64,000 nucleotides of DNA. Origin: Octopus bimaculoides (lineage: Eukaryota). Each line of letters begins with the position of its first letter. Position 1 is the stretch's first letter. Under the pieces are notes generated by a model that had not been told where the DNA came from, made no database searches, and worked only from the letters and a program-made list of their open reading frames with translations. Where the stretch lies: positions 20,290,862 through 20,354,861 of the forward strand of contig NC_068984.1 of NCBI RefSeq assembly GCF_001194135.2. Reading direction: 5' to 3'. Shown in pieces: positions 27,482 to 37,600 of this stretch. Position numbers and translations under genes: made by a program.

Positions 27482-30400
27482 TAATAACAACAATAATAAT
27501 AATAAAAATATTCAGACAAATACATAACAAAAACACCAGGACTTACAAATATATATAACATACAGAAAATTGCACTACTGGCACTGCACATATCCTACGC
27601 AAAACACTTTCTATACAGTAACCATAAGAGCACCACAGCAAACCACAGCACATACCCAAGGCACACAGAGCTGTGCTCAGTAGTGAAGTGAAAGCACGCT
27701 ATAAAAATAAAACTACTGAATAATAATAATAATAACACCAATATATCATCATCATCGTTTAACGTCCGCTTTCCATGCTAGCATGGGTTGGACGATTTGA
27801 CTGAGGACCGGTGAAACCGGATGGCAACACCAGGCTCCAATCTGATTTGGCAGAGTTTCTACAGCTGGATGCCCTTCCTAACGCCAACCACTCTGAGAGT
27901 GTAGTGGGTATTTTTACGTGCCACCGGCACGAAGGCCAGTCAGGCGGTACTGGCAACGGCCACGCTCAAAATGATGTATTTATGTGCCACCTGCACAGGA
28001 GCCAGTCCAGCGGCACTATCACTTAACATCTGTCTTCCATGCTGGCATGGGTTGGACAGTTTGTTAGGAGCTGGCAAGTCAGAGAACTGCATCAAATTCC
28101 ACTGTCTGTTTTGCCATGGTTTTATAGCTGGATGCCCTTCCTAATGGCAACCACTTTACAGAGTGGCTTAGATGCTTTTTACCCATTGTATAAGAGGGGA
28201 AACTGCTAATACTATCAGTCAGTATATCTGGTTAAAGCCAGCCACACCAACTTACCTTTGATGATAGGTAAAAGATCAACTGTGCATTGGCCAATAGTAA
28301 TTGTTTTCTCCTCGTCTTTTTTCTTTTTGTCCTTAGTGATCATTTTAATAAATGTAACTGAAATTAATAAATGAAGTCTATTTTAGAAATACAGAAAATA
28401 TCTGAAATATTTTGATGACAGGTTATTATGTGGCAAGGGAAGAATCATTAGGACATCAGACAGAATGCTCAAAAAAAAAAAAAATTAATTATGTAGTTAG
28501 GTGGAAAGGTAAACCTGTTAAGACCTGGCAGAGAACTGTGGTGAGGATGACTTGCAAGATAAGGGTTAGGTCTGGGAGCAAGTTTGTGACAGGGCCTGGG
28601 AATGTGCTGGATGGTCTCTTGCCACCCCACAGAAAGTAGGAGGGTCTAAAACTAAGTTGTAGTAAGTTGATAAGATATTTCATAATTCTTTCTAATTTTG
28701 TCACAAGGCCAGTAAAAAGTGACAAGTTGATTAGACTGACTCCAGTACCTGACTGCTGTTTATTTTATTTACCCTGAAAGGATGAACAGTAAAGTTAACC
28801 TTGATGGGATTTGAACTCAGAAAGTAAAGAGCCAGAATGACTGTCACTAAGCATTTTTTTCTTGCATACTAACAATTCTGCCAGCTTATCACCTTAAGTT
28901 ATTTCATAATAATGGTTTCACATTTTGGTGCAATGTCAGCAATTTTGTGGGAAGTGGGTAAGTTGATTACATTGACTTTAGTGCTCAGTTGGTACTTATT
29001 TTATCAACTCCAAAAGGATGAAGGGCAAAGTTGACCTCAGCAGAATTTGAACTTTTAATATGTAAACCTTCTTGTAAAGAAATGGTTCTATAAATTATTT
29101 AAAGTAAAAGATAATTAAATTCTAATACTCAGTAAGTACAAAGCAACATCATCATTCAACATCTGTTCTCCATGTTAGCATGGGTTGGATAGTTTAATAG
29201 GAGGTGACCAGCTGGAGAGCTGCCTGGGACCCATTTGTCTGTTTTGGCATGGTTTCTATGGCTGGATGTTTTTATATGGAATCAGTATGGGTGCTTTTCT
29301 GTAATGCTGGCACAGGCACCCTTTACATGGTACTTTTAAATGGTACTGGCACAGGTGCTTTTATGTGGCACCAGCACCACAAGCCTGAAAAGGGTCATAG
29401 ACATTGTCCTTCCTCCTGACTATGCAATATAAAAATTTCTCAAGATTAGTCAAATGGCCTTCTAGATGATATTGATTCTGTTTTTTCTTTTCTTGACTTA
29501 AAAAAAAAAAGCCAACTAAAAAACTATAACAAAAATACCAAATCCTTTGGTTTGTTACTTACTCACGACGGGTCTATATGCATATTCATCTATGGCATAT
29601 GCATCACTGCATGGACAAAGTAAAGAGAAACTATAGTTAAATTCTATATCAGATTCATTGGAACAATCAAATTTATTAGCTTCTCCAAATGTCTTTTCAC
29701 AATAATTGGCTTTGATCATGATATGTCCCAGAAATTCACCTTTGTTTCCTCTCTGCATGGAAAAAAAGCAAGAAAAATAATCAACTAAAAAAAAACATTA
29801 AATGATAAACAATAAATTATGCGAGAAAAGGCAGAATGACATAATTCTTATGAACCTTTCTGTTGAAATAGAACAAAGAGTGTAAACTAATGGGATATAT
29901 CTGGATCTCACTATTTCTTAATTACTATAGACACAGGCATGGCTGTGTGGTAAGAAGATTGGTATTTACATGCTAGCAATTAAAGAAAATTCTCCTCTAG
30001 CTGTATAAACATAACTTTCACTTTCTCAGCAATTTATGCTTTCTGAGTACAGGAAGTGTTAATAGGAGCACAGATCTCATCACAGACCTGAGTGACAAAT
30101 ATGTAGTGCATGAGTTAACAAGGAAAGCTCTGTGGAGTTACTCAATAGCAGCCAAAAGTCCTTTGAACCACACTCTACCATTTTAGGAAAGGTCACACTA
30201 AACAATGAAGTCCCAGTTACACTCTGCCTAAGTAAAAGAGATGATGACTGGAATGTCTTTGATCATAAGCCTGCTCATTCTAGGATGACATGGGGTAAAG
30301 GACAACTTTAAAATGGTCTTAAACCATCAGTGTTAGAAATGATTGATTTGTTCAATAGGTTTAGTATGACAATCAGAAAGGAAAGAATAATTTGAGGATG

Positions 30401-32584
30401 AAGCAGTTTTATTATTCACTCCAGCTGGTTATCTTATACAAATTATGAAATGATATGAGTTTAACAATCAGCTAAGAAAATAATTGTCAACTGCACTAAG
30501 TCTCTGCAGTTCAGACCCAGAATCTATAACACCAACCACATGGAGACTATTTTATAGCAAGATGGACTGGGCCATTATGTATTATGTGTTTTTGCTGGGG
30601 CCATAGTACATCACCATACAAGATACAAACCCATGATCTTTCAGCCTGTAGGCTTGCACTAAGATTACTCCATCAATTGCAATTCTCATAAGATGTATGC
30701 AAGGATGTAATAAATGATTTCCTAATTAAATATGGTGAAAGATTAGCATGGTAACTAAAGTACCATAAACTATGGTATATACATCTCAGTTTCATACTTT
30801 TTGAACCAAAACAATCAACTGCTGAGATATATCATTACTCCTTTATCTAAACTATTATATAAGACAAATATATTGCATATTAAAAATTGAGATATCTTAA
30901 TATATATTTAATATTTTAATATTTAACCAGAAGAAATTAATGTGTTACCATATTAACAATGGTGTGAATCGAAAGTTGGATGAATGGGAAGGGTAGTTGT
31001 TTGTTTTGAATTCTTCATCTGTTTATTGTTAAAAGCTTGGATTGGACATGATCATCCAAAGAAGATTAACAGAATAGCATCAGAAAGTTCTATGTAGAGT
31101 TGTAGCATGTGAGTTAAAAAAACAAAGCAAGAATGTTCCTATGAAAGTGGCAAGTATGTCTAGTGTTAATGTAGGTAGGTTTTTTTTTTTTTACAACACA
31201 GCATTTTGACAGTCATAACTGTGGAACCCCTACTAAATGTAAAAATTTGCTGACGTTATGCTTTGCTGCTCACATAACTAAGCTCCTGATTCTCACAGTC
31301 TTCTTGTCCCTGTAAATCTCTTTTAAAATGCTCCAGAACATATCTGACTCAACAGATCTGTGGTGACATCATCACTTGCAAATCTGAGAGATGTTTAGAT
31401 ATAATTTCATTTACCAAATTTTTGCTGACACTATTATTCAATTGTCCAAAACTCGGTTGTAGATTACAAAGATTTTTCTGATTGAAAACAAGCGTAGTGT
31501 TCAAATCAATAAACAGAGCTGCAGAGAGTATTTTATTTCAATAAATATTAACAATTTACATTGCCTATGTTTATGTAAATGAGACACAGCATGACTGGCG
31601 TGTAGAATGGCTTACATAAATGGTCAAGGAATTGAATCAGTTTGCAGAATACATCTCACATTGTAGCCTTTTGCTAGTCCAAAGCCTAAACATGATTTTT
31701 CTGCTTCTACAAGCCAGCAGTAGTAGTGGCACCATTTATTTTCTTACCTCAAAATACAATGCTAATCACCATCATCGTCGTCATCATCTTTTAACGTTCA
31801 CTTTCCATGCTGGCATGGGTTAGACAATTTAACTGGAACTGGCAAACTGCACCATGTTCCAGTCTGATCTGGCATGGTTTCTATGACTGGATGCCCTTCC
31901 TTATGTCAATCATTCCAAGAGTGTGTCTTTTTTGCGTATAACGGGTGTGGGTGCCATTTACATGACATCAGTAATGGCCACGACTATGATTTCACGGATG
32001 CCATTTACATGACTCTGGCAATGTTCATGGCTATGGTTTCACTTGGTTTGACAAGTCCTCTAGCACAGCATATGCCTAAGGTCTCAGCCACCTGTCATCA
32101 CCTCTGTGAGGCCCAACATTCAAAGATCATAACTCACCAACTTGTCCCTTGCCTCTGAAAATCCCAATGGGAATATTAATGCTAAAATCCAGACAATTTG
32201 AACTGTGATTACACTTATTGAAGAGATTAAGGATTTCTAATACTGGTACAAGGTATCAACTTTCAGAGGAGGAAATCTAATCAGCACAAATATTTGTTTC
32301 ATACTTATTTTACTGACTCCAAGAATATGATAGGCAAAATTGAATGGGAATGGAACTCAGAATATAACTAAATACTTTGAAGTATTTTATCTGTTGTTCT
32401 ATCATCAATATTGATGAGAATAATTATACCGTAGGAAATTAAAATTGACCAAAATAAAAATACCAGGGCAGATGAAATATGCGAAAATATTTGGATGACT
32501 TACAAAATTTCTGCCTCTCAAGAGAGTAACTGTTATTGTTTCTACATCTAGATTTAAGGCTGGAGTCTCGTCTTTAGCAGACAT
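222..32584 (-). CDS. CFAP70: Cilia- and flagella-associated protein 70 (TTC18), multi-exon, 3' part outside the window
   Basis: 19 exons with canonical GT/AG ends and matching phases give one open frame of 2048 nt. Peptides such as [69 protein letters not shown] and [10 protein letters not shown] match CFAP70 in order as I recall the vertebrate protein. Confidence 0.95.
1455..2375 (+). mobile_element. Degenerate mariner transposase relic
   Basis: Frame-broken [51 protein letters not shown] follow the mariner N-terminal order. Confidence 0.55.
2984..3064 (-). CDS. CFAP70: CFAP70 coding exon 18 ([27 protein letters not shown])
   Basis: ttttcag acceptor, GTAGGA donor, phase 0 to 0; TPR-region motif. 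Confidence 0.92.
3363..3548 (-). CDS. CFAP70: CFAP70 coding exon 17 ([14 protein letters not shown]...ASKYHEE)
   Basis: tttcaag acceptor, GTATGT donor, phase 0 to 0. Confidence 0.95.
3652..3820. mobile_element. Old hAT-like MITE
   Basis: Degenerate terminal inverted repeats ACTAGTGCAGCTAGG / CTCTAGCTATGCTAGTG around a GC-richer core. Confidence 0.35.
5480..5618 (-). CDS. CFAP70: CFAP70 coding exon 16 ([35 protein letters not shown]...KLQ)
   Basis: attctag acceptor, GTACAA donor, phase 2 to 0. Confidence 0.95.
5860..6275 (-). mobile_element. 3' end of RTE-type LINE (or derived SINE) with (GAT)n tail; high-copy family
   Basis: catcatcgtttaacgtcc...ccatgctagcatgggttggacg... is the reverse complement of the tail joined to RTE coding sequence at 37311-38283. 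Further copies at about 22895-23190, 27745-28020 and 53150-53440, with older ones at 7400-7725, 19380-19860, 36280-36700 and 46510-46860. Confidence 0.8.
6690..7400 (+). mobile_element. Internally deleted Tc1/mariner element (DD37D/maT-like)
   Basis: [16 protein letters not shown]...KELNFHPWK...[11 protein letters not shown] is fused directly to [13 protein letters not shown]...VYKTKP, so the catalytic core is missing. TA-AGGGTG-type left end. Confidence 0.75.
7750..7812 (-). CDS. CFAP70: CFAP70 coding exon 15 ([20 protein letters not shown])
   Basis: cttcaag acceptor, GTAAGA donor, phase 2 to 2. Confidence 0.85.
8158..8525 (+). mobile_element. tRNA-like SINE family A (head GCATGGCTGTGTGGTAAGAAG, internal (TG)n, tail AAGTAAAAGAT)
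   Basis: A/B-box-like head. Same family at about 4760-4950 (+), 23395-23550 (-), 23965-24440 (-), 26705-27160 (-), 59192-59356 (-) and 59490-59605 (+). Confidence 0.75.
8846..8907 (-). CDS. CFAP70: CFAP70 coding exon 14 ([20 protein letters not shown])
   Basis: gttctag acceptor, GTGAGC donor, phase 0 to 2. Confidence 0.92.
9570..10585 (+). mobile_element. Degenerate mariner transposase pseudogene
   Basis: [63 protein letters not shown]; multiple stops and frameshifts. Confidence 0.85.
11035..11095 (-). CDS. CFAP70: CFAP70 coding exon 13 ([20 protein letters not shown])
   Basis: gtttcag acceptor, GTAAGT donor, phase 2 to 0. Confidence 0.92.
11509..11886. mobile_element. Old hAT/Charlie-like MITE
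   Basis: Left end CAGTGGTTCTCAA; degenerate right end TTAAGAACTACTAG. Confidence 0.35.
11890..14730 (+). mobile_element. Degenerate RLE-type non-LTR retrotransposon, HERO-like
   Basis: [10 protein letters not shown]...[16 protein letters not shown]...YKYCPKL, RT motifs ([33 protein letters not shown]), CCHC knuckle ECRC...RHVLSNC...[10 protein letters not shown], and restriction-like endonuclease PDLILW...LELTMPW...KEKRY...C...W. Many stops and frameshifts. Confidence 0.85.
15225..15385 (-). CDS. CFAP70: CFAP70 coding exon 12 (TALKPNP...[32 protein letters not shown])
   Basis: ctctgtag acceptor, GTAAGT donor, phase 0 to 2. Confidence 0.92.
15470..15690. mobile_element. Mariner-type MITE
   Basis: TA-CGAGGCGGTGCTGAAAAGTT ... 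AACTTTCCAGCACCCCTCG-TA terminal inverted repeats with TA duplication, flanked by (CTAT)n and (CA)n. Confidence 0.8.
16221..16337 (-). CDS. CFAP70: CFAP70 coding exon 11 ([13 protein letters not shown]...EDKKEPKK)
   Basis: ggttcag acceptor (weak pyrimidine tract), GTAATG donor, phase 0 to 0. An extra exon hidden in the 16679-17253 gap cannot be excluded. Confidence 0.75.
16412..16640. mobile_element. piggyBac-type MITE
   Basis: TTAA-CCCTTTAGTGTT ... AACACCAAAGGG-TTAA; homologous to 49505-49718. Confidence 0.8.
17929..17990 (-). CDS. CFAP70: CFAP70 coding exon 10 ([21 protein letters not shown])
   Basis: attacag acceptor, GTACAA donor, phase 1 to 0. Confidence 0.88.
18111..18414. mobile_element. 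Old MITE/foldback element with about 100-bp diverged arms
   Basis: TATTGTACGATACAAATAAAATGATAA at the left; TTATCATCTTATTTGTATCGTACAATA at the right. Confidence 0.65.
19880..21033 (-). mobile_element. Near-complete mariner (DD34D) transposon, inactivated
   Basis: 5' [49 protein letters not shown]...[11 protein letters not shown]...WVPHEL...LVTGDE, then after a frameshift [13 protein letters not shown]...FHQDNA*PH...HPPYSPDL. No 3' TIR recognised. Confidence 0.92.
21162..21228. repeat. (GAT)n/(GAC)n microsatellite, tail of an RTE-family 3' fragment
   Basis: Direct reading; preceded by ccatgccagcaaggaacatggatgtcaaa. Confidence 0.85.
21832..21904 (-). CDS. CFAP70: CFAP70 coding exon 9 ([24 protein letters not shown])
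   Basis: ctttaag acceptor, GTAAGT donor, phase 0 to 1. Confidence 0.92.
22095..22179 (-). CDS. CFAP70: CFAP70 coding exon 8 ([28 protein letters not shown])
   Basis: ttttggcag acceptor, GTATGT donor, phase 2 to 0. Confidence 0.88.
22260..22730 (-). mobile_element. Two tandem copies of SINE family B (GAGCTGGCAGAATCGTTAGCA head, (TTA)n tail)
   Basis: Repeated CTCGAGGCACAAGGCCTGAAATTT...GAAAGGATGAAAGGCAAAGT. Further copies at about 28720-29050, 35940-36130, 43440-43660, 45750-46510 and 50870-51070. Confidence 0.75.
23624..23773 (-). CDS. CFAP70: CFAP70 coding exon 7 ([11 protein letters not shown]...[17 protein letters not shown])
   Basis: gttttag acceptor, GTACGT donor, phase 2 to 2. Confidence 0.9.
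24501..24628 (-). CDS. CFAP70: CFAP70 coding exon 6 ([27 protein letters not shown]...IPN)
   Basis: cattcag acceptor, GTAAAT donor, phase 0 to 2. Confidence 0.88.
24790..25430 (-). mobile_element. CR1/L2/Jockey-like LINE reverse transcriptase fragment
   Basis: [23 protein letters not shown]...[10 protein letters not shown] (YADD motif) in ORF 24819-25211. Confidence 0.75.
25756..25926 (-). CDS. CFAP70: CFAP70 coding exon 5 ([14 protein letters not shown]...SVPIINN)
   Basis: ttttcag acceptor, GTAAGA donor, phase 0 to 0. Confidence 0.9.
27253..27335 (-). CDS. CFAP70: CFAP70 coding exon 4 ([28 protein letters not shown])
   Basis: cttttttcag acceptor, GTATGT donor, phase 1 to 0. Confidence 0.88.
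27372..27505. repeat. Compound microsatellite (CTG)n(CTA)n(ATA)n
   Basis: Direct reading. Confidence 0.95.
28256..28357 (-). CDS. CFAP70: CFAP70 coding exon 3 ([34 protein letters not shown])
   Basis: tttcag acceptor, GTAAGT donor, phase 1 to 1. Confidence 0.92.
29563..29752 (-). CDS. CFAP70: CFAP70 coding exon 2 ([17 protein letters not shown]...AYRPVV)
   Basis: catgcag acceptor, GTAAGT donor, phase 0 to 1; inside ORF 29555-29758. Confidence 0.9.
32504..32584 (-). CDS. CFAP70: CFAP70 coding exon 1 ([27 protein letters not shown])
   Basis: ATG at 32584; acceptor tttttcag upstream (exon starts at 32606, 22 nt of UTR); donor GTAAGT; phase 0. Confidence 0.85.
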
Positions 32585-34334
32585 CTTGTAATCACTGAAT
32601 TAGCAACTGAAAAATAATTTTCAATAAGAATGAGCAACCATGCAGCTAAATTTAATAATAAAGCCATCACACGCATGCAAGCATATACACACAAAATTCA
32701 TCCAGTCAAAGTTGACAGAGAATTTGTAGTTTTGGTTTACTTGCCATCATGAAATTAATGACAGTGTGCCAATGACAAGTAGGCCAAAGCTTTGAAGTCA
32801 TTGTGAAAAGAAATTATGGTACACCACTGAAAAGTGTTGAGTAATCGTTCAGTTTAATGTGAACTGTTTTTACATATAACCTTACATAAAAGCAAACATC
32901 ATCATCAAACTGTCCAACCCATACCAGCATAGACGAGGTGCTTTTCTGTTTTACCTACATTAATGAGGTCACTATGCAGTTTACAGGAGTATGAACCCTG
33001 AGTGGGAGGTAGGGTGGTCAGCTTCATATTAGGGGACAAGGGGATTATTGTGAGGATGGAGGCAGAGTAGGTTCCTGCAGTGGGATCTGCATGGCTACTC
33101 ATAACTTGTAGGGGAAAATGTAGAGAAAGAGATAATGATCAGTAGGAGCAAGACAGAAATAATGGTGATAAGATACCCTGGTATCCTCACAAGTACATAT
33201 ACACATACATACATACATATACATGTGTGTATCTCATATACCTGATATATAAATATGTGATCTACACAGATACATGATGTATATATGTACCTATACATAT
33301 GTACATGCATGTGCACACACACACACACACACAAAGACAAGTTAAATCGAGAGTTCAACCATTTAATGAGCTTTAATGAGCTGTTTTTTTTTTTCTTTTT
33401 TCTTTTTTTTGCGATACAGGTTACTCCTTGTTTCACCCGGCTGCAGCTATTATCTGGGCAAGCCTCACAATTTTACTCAACAAACAAGTTCCCCTCCTAT
33501 TTCAGGAGTTGAAATCAGTAAGGTCATGCTTTTCAAACACAAACGTAATCCCTTCTAAAAATGAGGCCAAACAATGCCAAAAAAAAAAAAAGAAACAGCA
33601 ACTAGTTTGGAACAATTTTTTTTATGTGAATCACTACCAACAAAAATTATATTTTCTGCATAAGGATGGCTGCCAAATGCTGGCGCAGCTATAGTTCCAA
33701 AAGATAATGATACACTTGACAAATTTAGAGATTCACAAAAGGTACAAGACCGTCAAATCTACGGACTTGCGTCTCTTTACCGTTTCTATCCTACATGAGG
33801 CCAGAGGGGGCCCTGACCGGCGATTGCACAATATGCGCTGAAACTGTCCACCACACTTGGCTCCTACAACAGATATTTTGCGTATTGTAGCTGTCTACCA
33901 AAAGCAGTAGGGCCAATACCTCGTTGATAGCTGCGATGGTTGTTTCAGCATATTTCAGTTGTAATTGTTTGTGGAAATGTTATCAGTGTTTTAGGCTTGT
34001 TTCAATCATAACTAGTTTTACCATATTAAGTAAATAAACACTTGTTGGTTGCATTTTGTGTCGACAAAACGAAACTAATTCTGACATACAGGATAAATAA
34101 GGTGGTAGAAGAATTTCACCAAGATATAAAAAGGGTAACATATACTTGTGGAAAGTTTTGACTGTCATTCTGTGAACAAACATCGTTAATGCACAATGGT
34201 TAGACACACAGAAACACACATATGTATATACACATACGCACGCAATAAAAATAAGTTTCTTACTTTTTTTATATTTTGTTTTCTGTAATTGAATCACAGC
34301 ACCTTATGGCAATGTATGTCAGTGCGTTTCTCTT

Positions 34335-34347
34335 GTCTCCTAGCAAC
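34335..34347. promoter_or_regulatory. RFX X-box-like motif GTCTCCTAGCAAC upstream of CFAP70
   Basis: Close match to the RFX consensus GTNRCC(N0-3)RGYAAC with one mismatch. It lies just upstream of a candidate non-coding first exon (about 34264-34330, minus-strand donor GTAAGA at 34263) of a motile-cilia gene. Confidence 0.65.
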
Positions 34348-34610
34348 GCGTTCTAAGCGCCGTCTCGAAATATTACAGAGTTGTCTAACTTGACAGTTGG
34401 CACCGTCTGGAGCCATCTTTGTTATATGATAGCTATTTGTCTTTTACTTACAGCTGATAACTTAATTTTCAGTTTTTTCTTCCTTAATGTAATCTCCCGT
34501 TACTTTCACATCTATTTGCGAAAAGGGGGAAAAAAATTACAAACACCAAACCCTGAGTAGCAATTAATTTTCCCCCAAAGAAATATAATAAAATAACAAA
34601 AACAACAAAA

Positions 34611-37600
34611 ATGGTGGGTTGTTCGGCTCCAAACTGTTCCAACAGAGCTGCAAAAGGTGGTTATAAAATGAAGCGGTTTCCTGCAGACCCTGCCATTAGA
34701 CAGATTTGGATAAATAATGTTAAACGAGCAGATTGGAATTGGAACCCACCGGCAAATTTTCGAAACTGTAGACTTTGTGAGGTAATCTTTTGTTTCTTTT
34801 TGCTTCAATCAATAGTTGAGTGTAATAAAAAAAAAAAAGAAAATGACTTCATCAATCTGCGTCAATAATATTCCCGTTACTGCAGAGGTGTTTTTTTTTT
34901 TTTTTTCATTTGAAACAAATTTTTTCCCTCGGAAATCTTGTCAGTTGTTTATTCTTTCATGATACACACGTGTTTTGTTTGTTTGTGCGTGTGTGCATAT
35001 GCATGAGTACGCGTGCGAGAGAGCGCTTTACGTAATTACCAGATTCGATGGTGGTCTTTGGAGAGTGAGAAATAAGTGCCATAAAGTTTAAGACACCTCA
35101 TTAAATCACTTGAAATGTTATTGCTACGCAGTTCGTGAAAAATAAAATACTTTAATATAGTTTAACACTTTGTTTATCAAAGAAAAGAGAGAGGGAGAGA
35201 AAAGAAAACATAAACGATTTTGTAAATTATAAACAACAGTTTTTGAGCTTTCGTAATCATATTTTGAAATCCGTCATTTCCAGATGTTCTCCAAATTCAA
35301 TTTCTTTTTATTTACTTTTCAATTAGTAAACACTTTTGAAATTTACTGTTTTATGCATTGTTACATCATTAGAGGGTTAGAGAAGGAATAAAGATTTTTA
35401 AAATAATAATAAATAGTGTTTTGGCAACAAACTCTTAAATAAATTATTGTTGTTTGTGTTGTAACAATGAAAAATAAACAGCGCATTAACAAGGAAGCGA
35501 AATAGTGTCGACGTATAATATAAACATCTGGGATAAAAAATTTTTAAAATTACGAAGAGCAGATAACTCGTGTTGACATATTTAATTTTAATTAAGTTTA
35601 TCAATATCTTTTGATTAGAACTAATTTTTGCTATTTTACTCAGTATACTGATATGTTTTCATTCTGATAAGTCACTATTGGTTAAAGAACTAAATAAGGA
35701 TTTAATCTTTATTCGCCTGTCTGTGTAAATACTTCCCCTGTGAAATCTGCTTTTGGCTCCAGACAACTCTGTTTAGTGACTTACTTCCGAGAGCATTAAC
35801 AGTAACATAATTTAGAAGAGATAATTCCTGAATCAAGGTTATGTGATTATATAAGCGTTCCAATATAATTTTATTTTGCATTGTTAATAAAAGCGATTGC
35901 TTTTAGCTACTTTTTAAATATTTCTTTAATAACAATAATAATTGTTTCTAATATAGGCAGCAGACCTGAAATTTGTGGGAGAGGAATTAGTCGGTTACAT
36001 CAACCTTAGAACTCGACTTCGTAAGAATGAAAGGCAAAATTGACCCCAGCAGGATTTGAACTCAGAACGTAAACAAGCCGGAAGAAATGCCGCTAAGCGT
36101 TTTGTCCGATGCACTAACGATTCTCCCAGTTTGATTAATAACAATCGTGTATAGCCCTACTAAATTTCGAAAAAGTGTTATGTAATCCACTCTTTTTACT
36201 GAAATTTCCCTCTCAGCTTGAGAAACTAAACAAAATCTTTACGATACTTGTTGGCGACTCTCAAAGGGAATGGGAGATATCATCATTTAACGTCCGTTTT
36301 CTATGTTGGCATGGGTTGGACGATTTGACAAAAGCTAGCTAGCTGAAGAGCTACCCAGCTCCATTTTTGTTTTTGCATGGTTTCTACGGTTGGGTGCCCT
36401 TCCTGATGCCAACCGCTTTACATAGTGTACTGCGTGCGTTTACGTGGCACCAGTACGAGTGATTTTTATGTGGCACCAGCACGAGTGCTTTTTACGTGGC
36501 ACCAGCACCTACGAGCTTGCAAGATTAGGAATGCTTAGTTGGAGTGGGGGCATGGGACAAGTCTGTATGCAAGGACTACCACGCTTTTACTTAGCTTGAT
36601 ATGTCTTTTGAAGCACAGCAAACCTCCAGGAGTCTTAGCCCTCTGTCATCCCATCTGTGAGTCCTAACGTCTGTAGATCCTTTCTCACCATATCGTCCCA
36701 TGTTTAAAAACCTTTTTAACTTTCATAATATATATTTACATGCTTAAGGGGGACATGCTGTTTGCAGGCAAGAAGACATCTGGTCTTAGTTTACAGACAA
36801 GGGGACAACTATTGACACGTTTCTGTGTTATTTAGTCCTCATTATCATAACAATTTACTCAAATCTATCTTGATCAATTGAAATTAGTTTTCAGATACAG
36901 AAAAAAAAGTTTCGACTAGAAATAATTTGTATGTTTGAAAAAATTAAGTAAGTCACAAGCAGTGTAGGTTCCCAGTGCCTGTGACGAGGCAAGTAATTCT
37001 AGGATGTCACACTATTTTGCTTATTCATTATTTCTATTTTATTTATTCTGAAAATTTCCTCCCAGGACAGCTACCCATGTGACACCACCCACATAATGTC
37101 ACTGGCTATAGGAAATAGCACAACTGGATCAATAATGTGACCTAGATAAATAAATTAAGAGGTAAGATACTGAACAGCATGTAAAAAAATTCTCAGTTAA
37201 GATTTCACCTCTCAGCTGGAGGGAAAAAAAAAATCGGGCGATGATTATCAGGAAATCTCAACAAAAAGGGGAGATAATTTCAAGAAATTAAAAAGGTTCA
37301 TAAAATTTATCGACCAAGTTAGTAGTGGGGGTGGGTGCGCTGAAAGTGTAGCTGCTAGAATAAGAATAGCCTGGGCAAAGTTTAGAGAGCTCTTACCCCT
37401 GCTGGCGACAAAGGGACTCTCACTCAGAGTAAAAGGCAGACTGTATGACGCATGCATACGAACAACCATGCTACATGGCAGTGAAACATGGGCTGTAACT
37501 GCTGAGGACATACGTAAGCTCGCAAGGAATGAAGCCAGTATGCTCCGTTGGATGTGTAATGTCAATGTGAATACCCGTCAGAGTGTAAGTATCTTGAGAG

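Noticed and set aside
21119-27591. Poly-D, poly-L/I/N and (CV)n/(TH)n ORFs
   Set aside because: Translations of microsatellites.
31415-31477. Possible CFAP70 first coding exon ending KNL|GTAAAT
   Set aside because: No ATG and a poor peptide match. The 32504-32584 exon fits far better.
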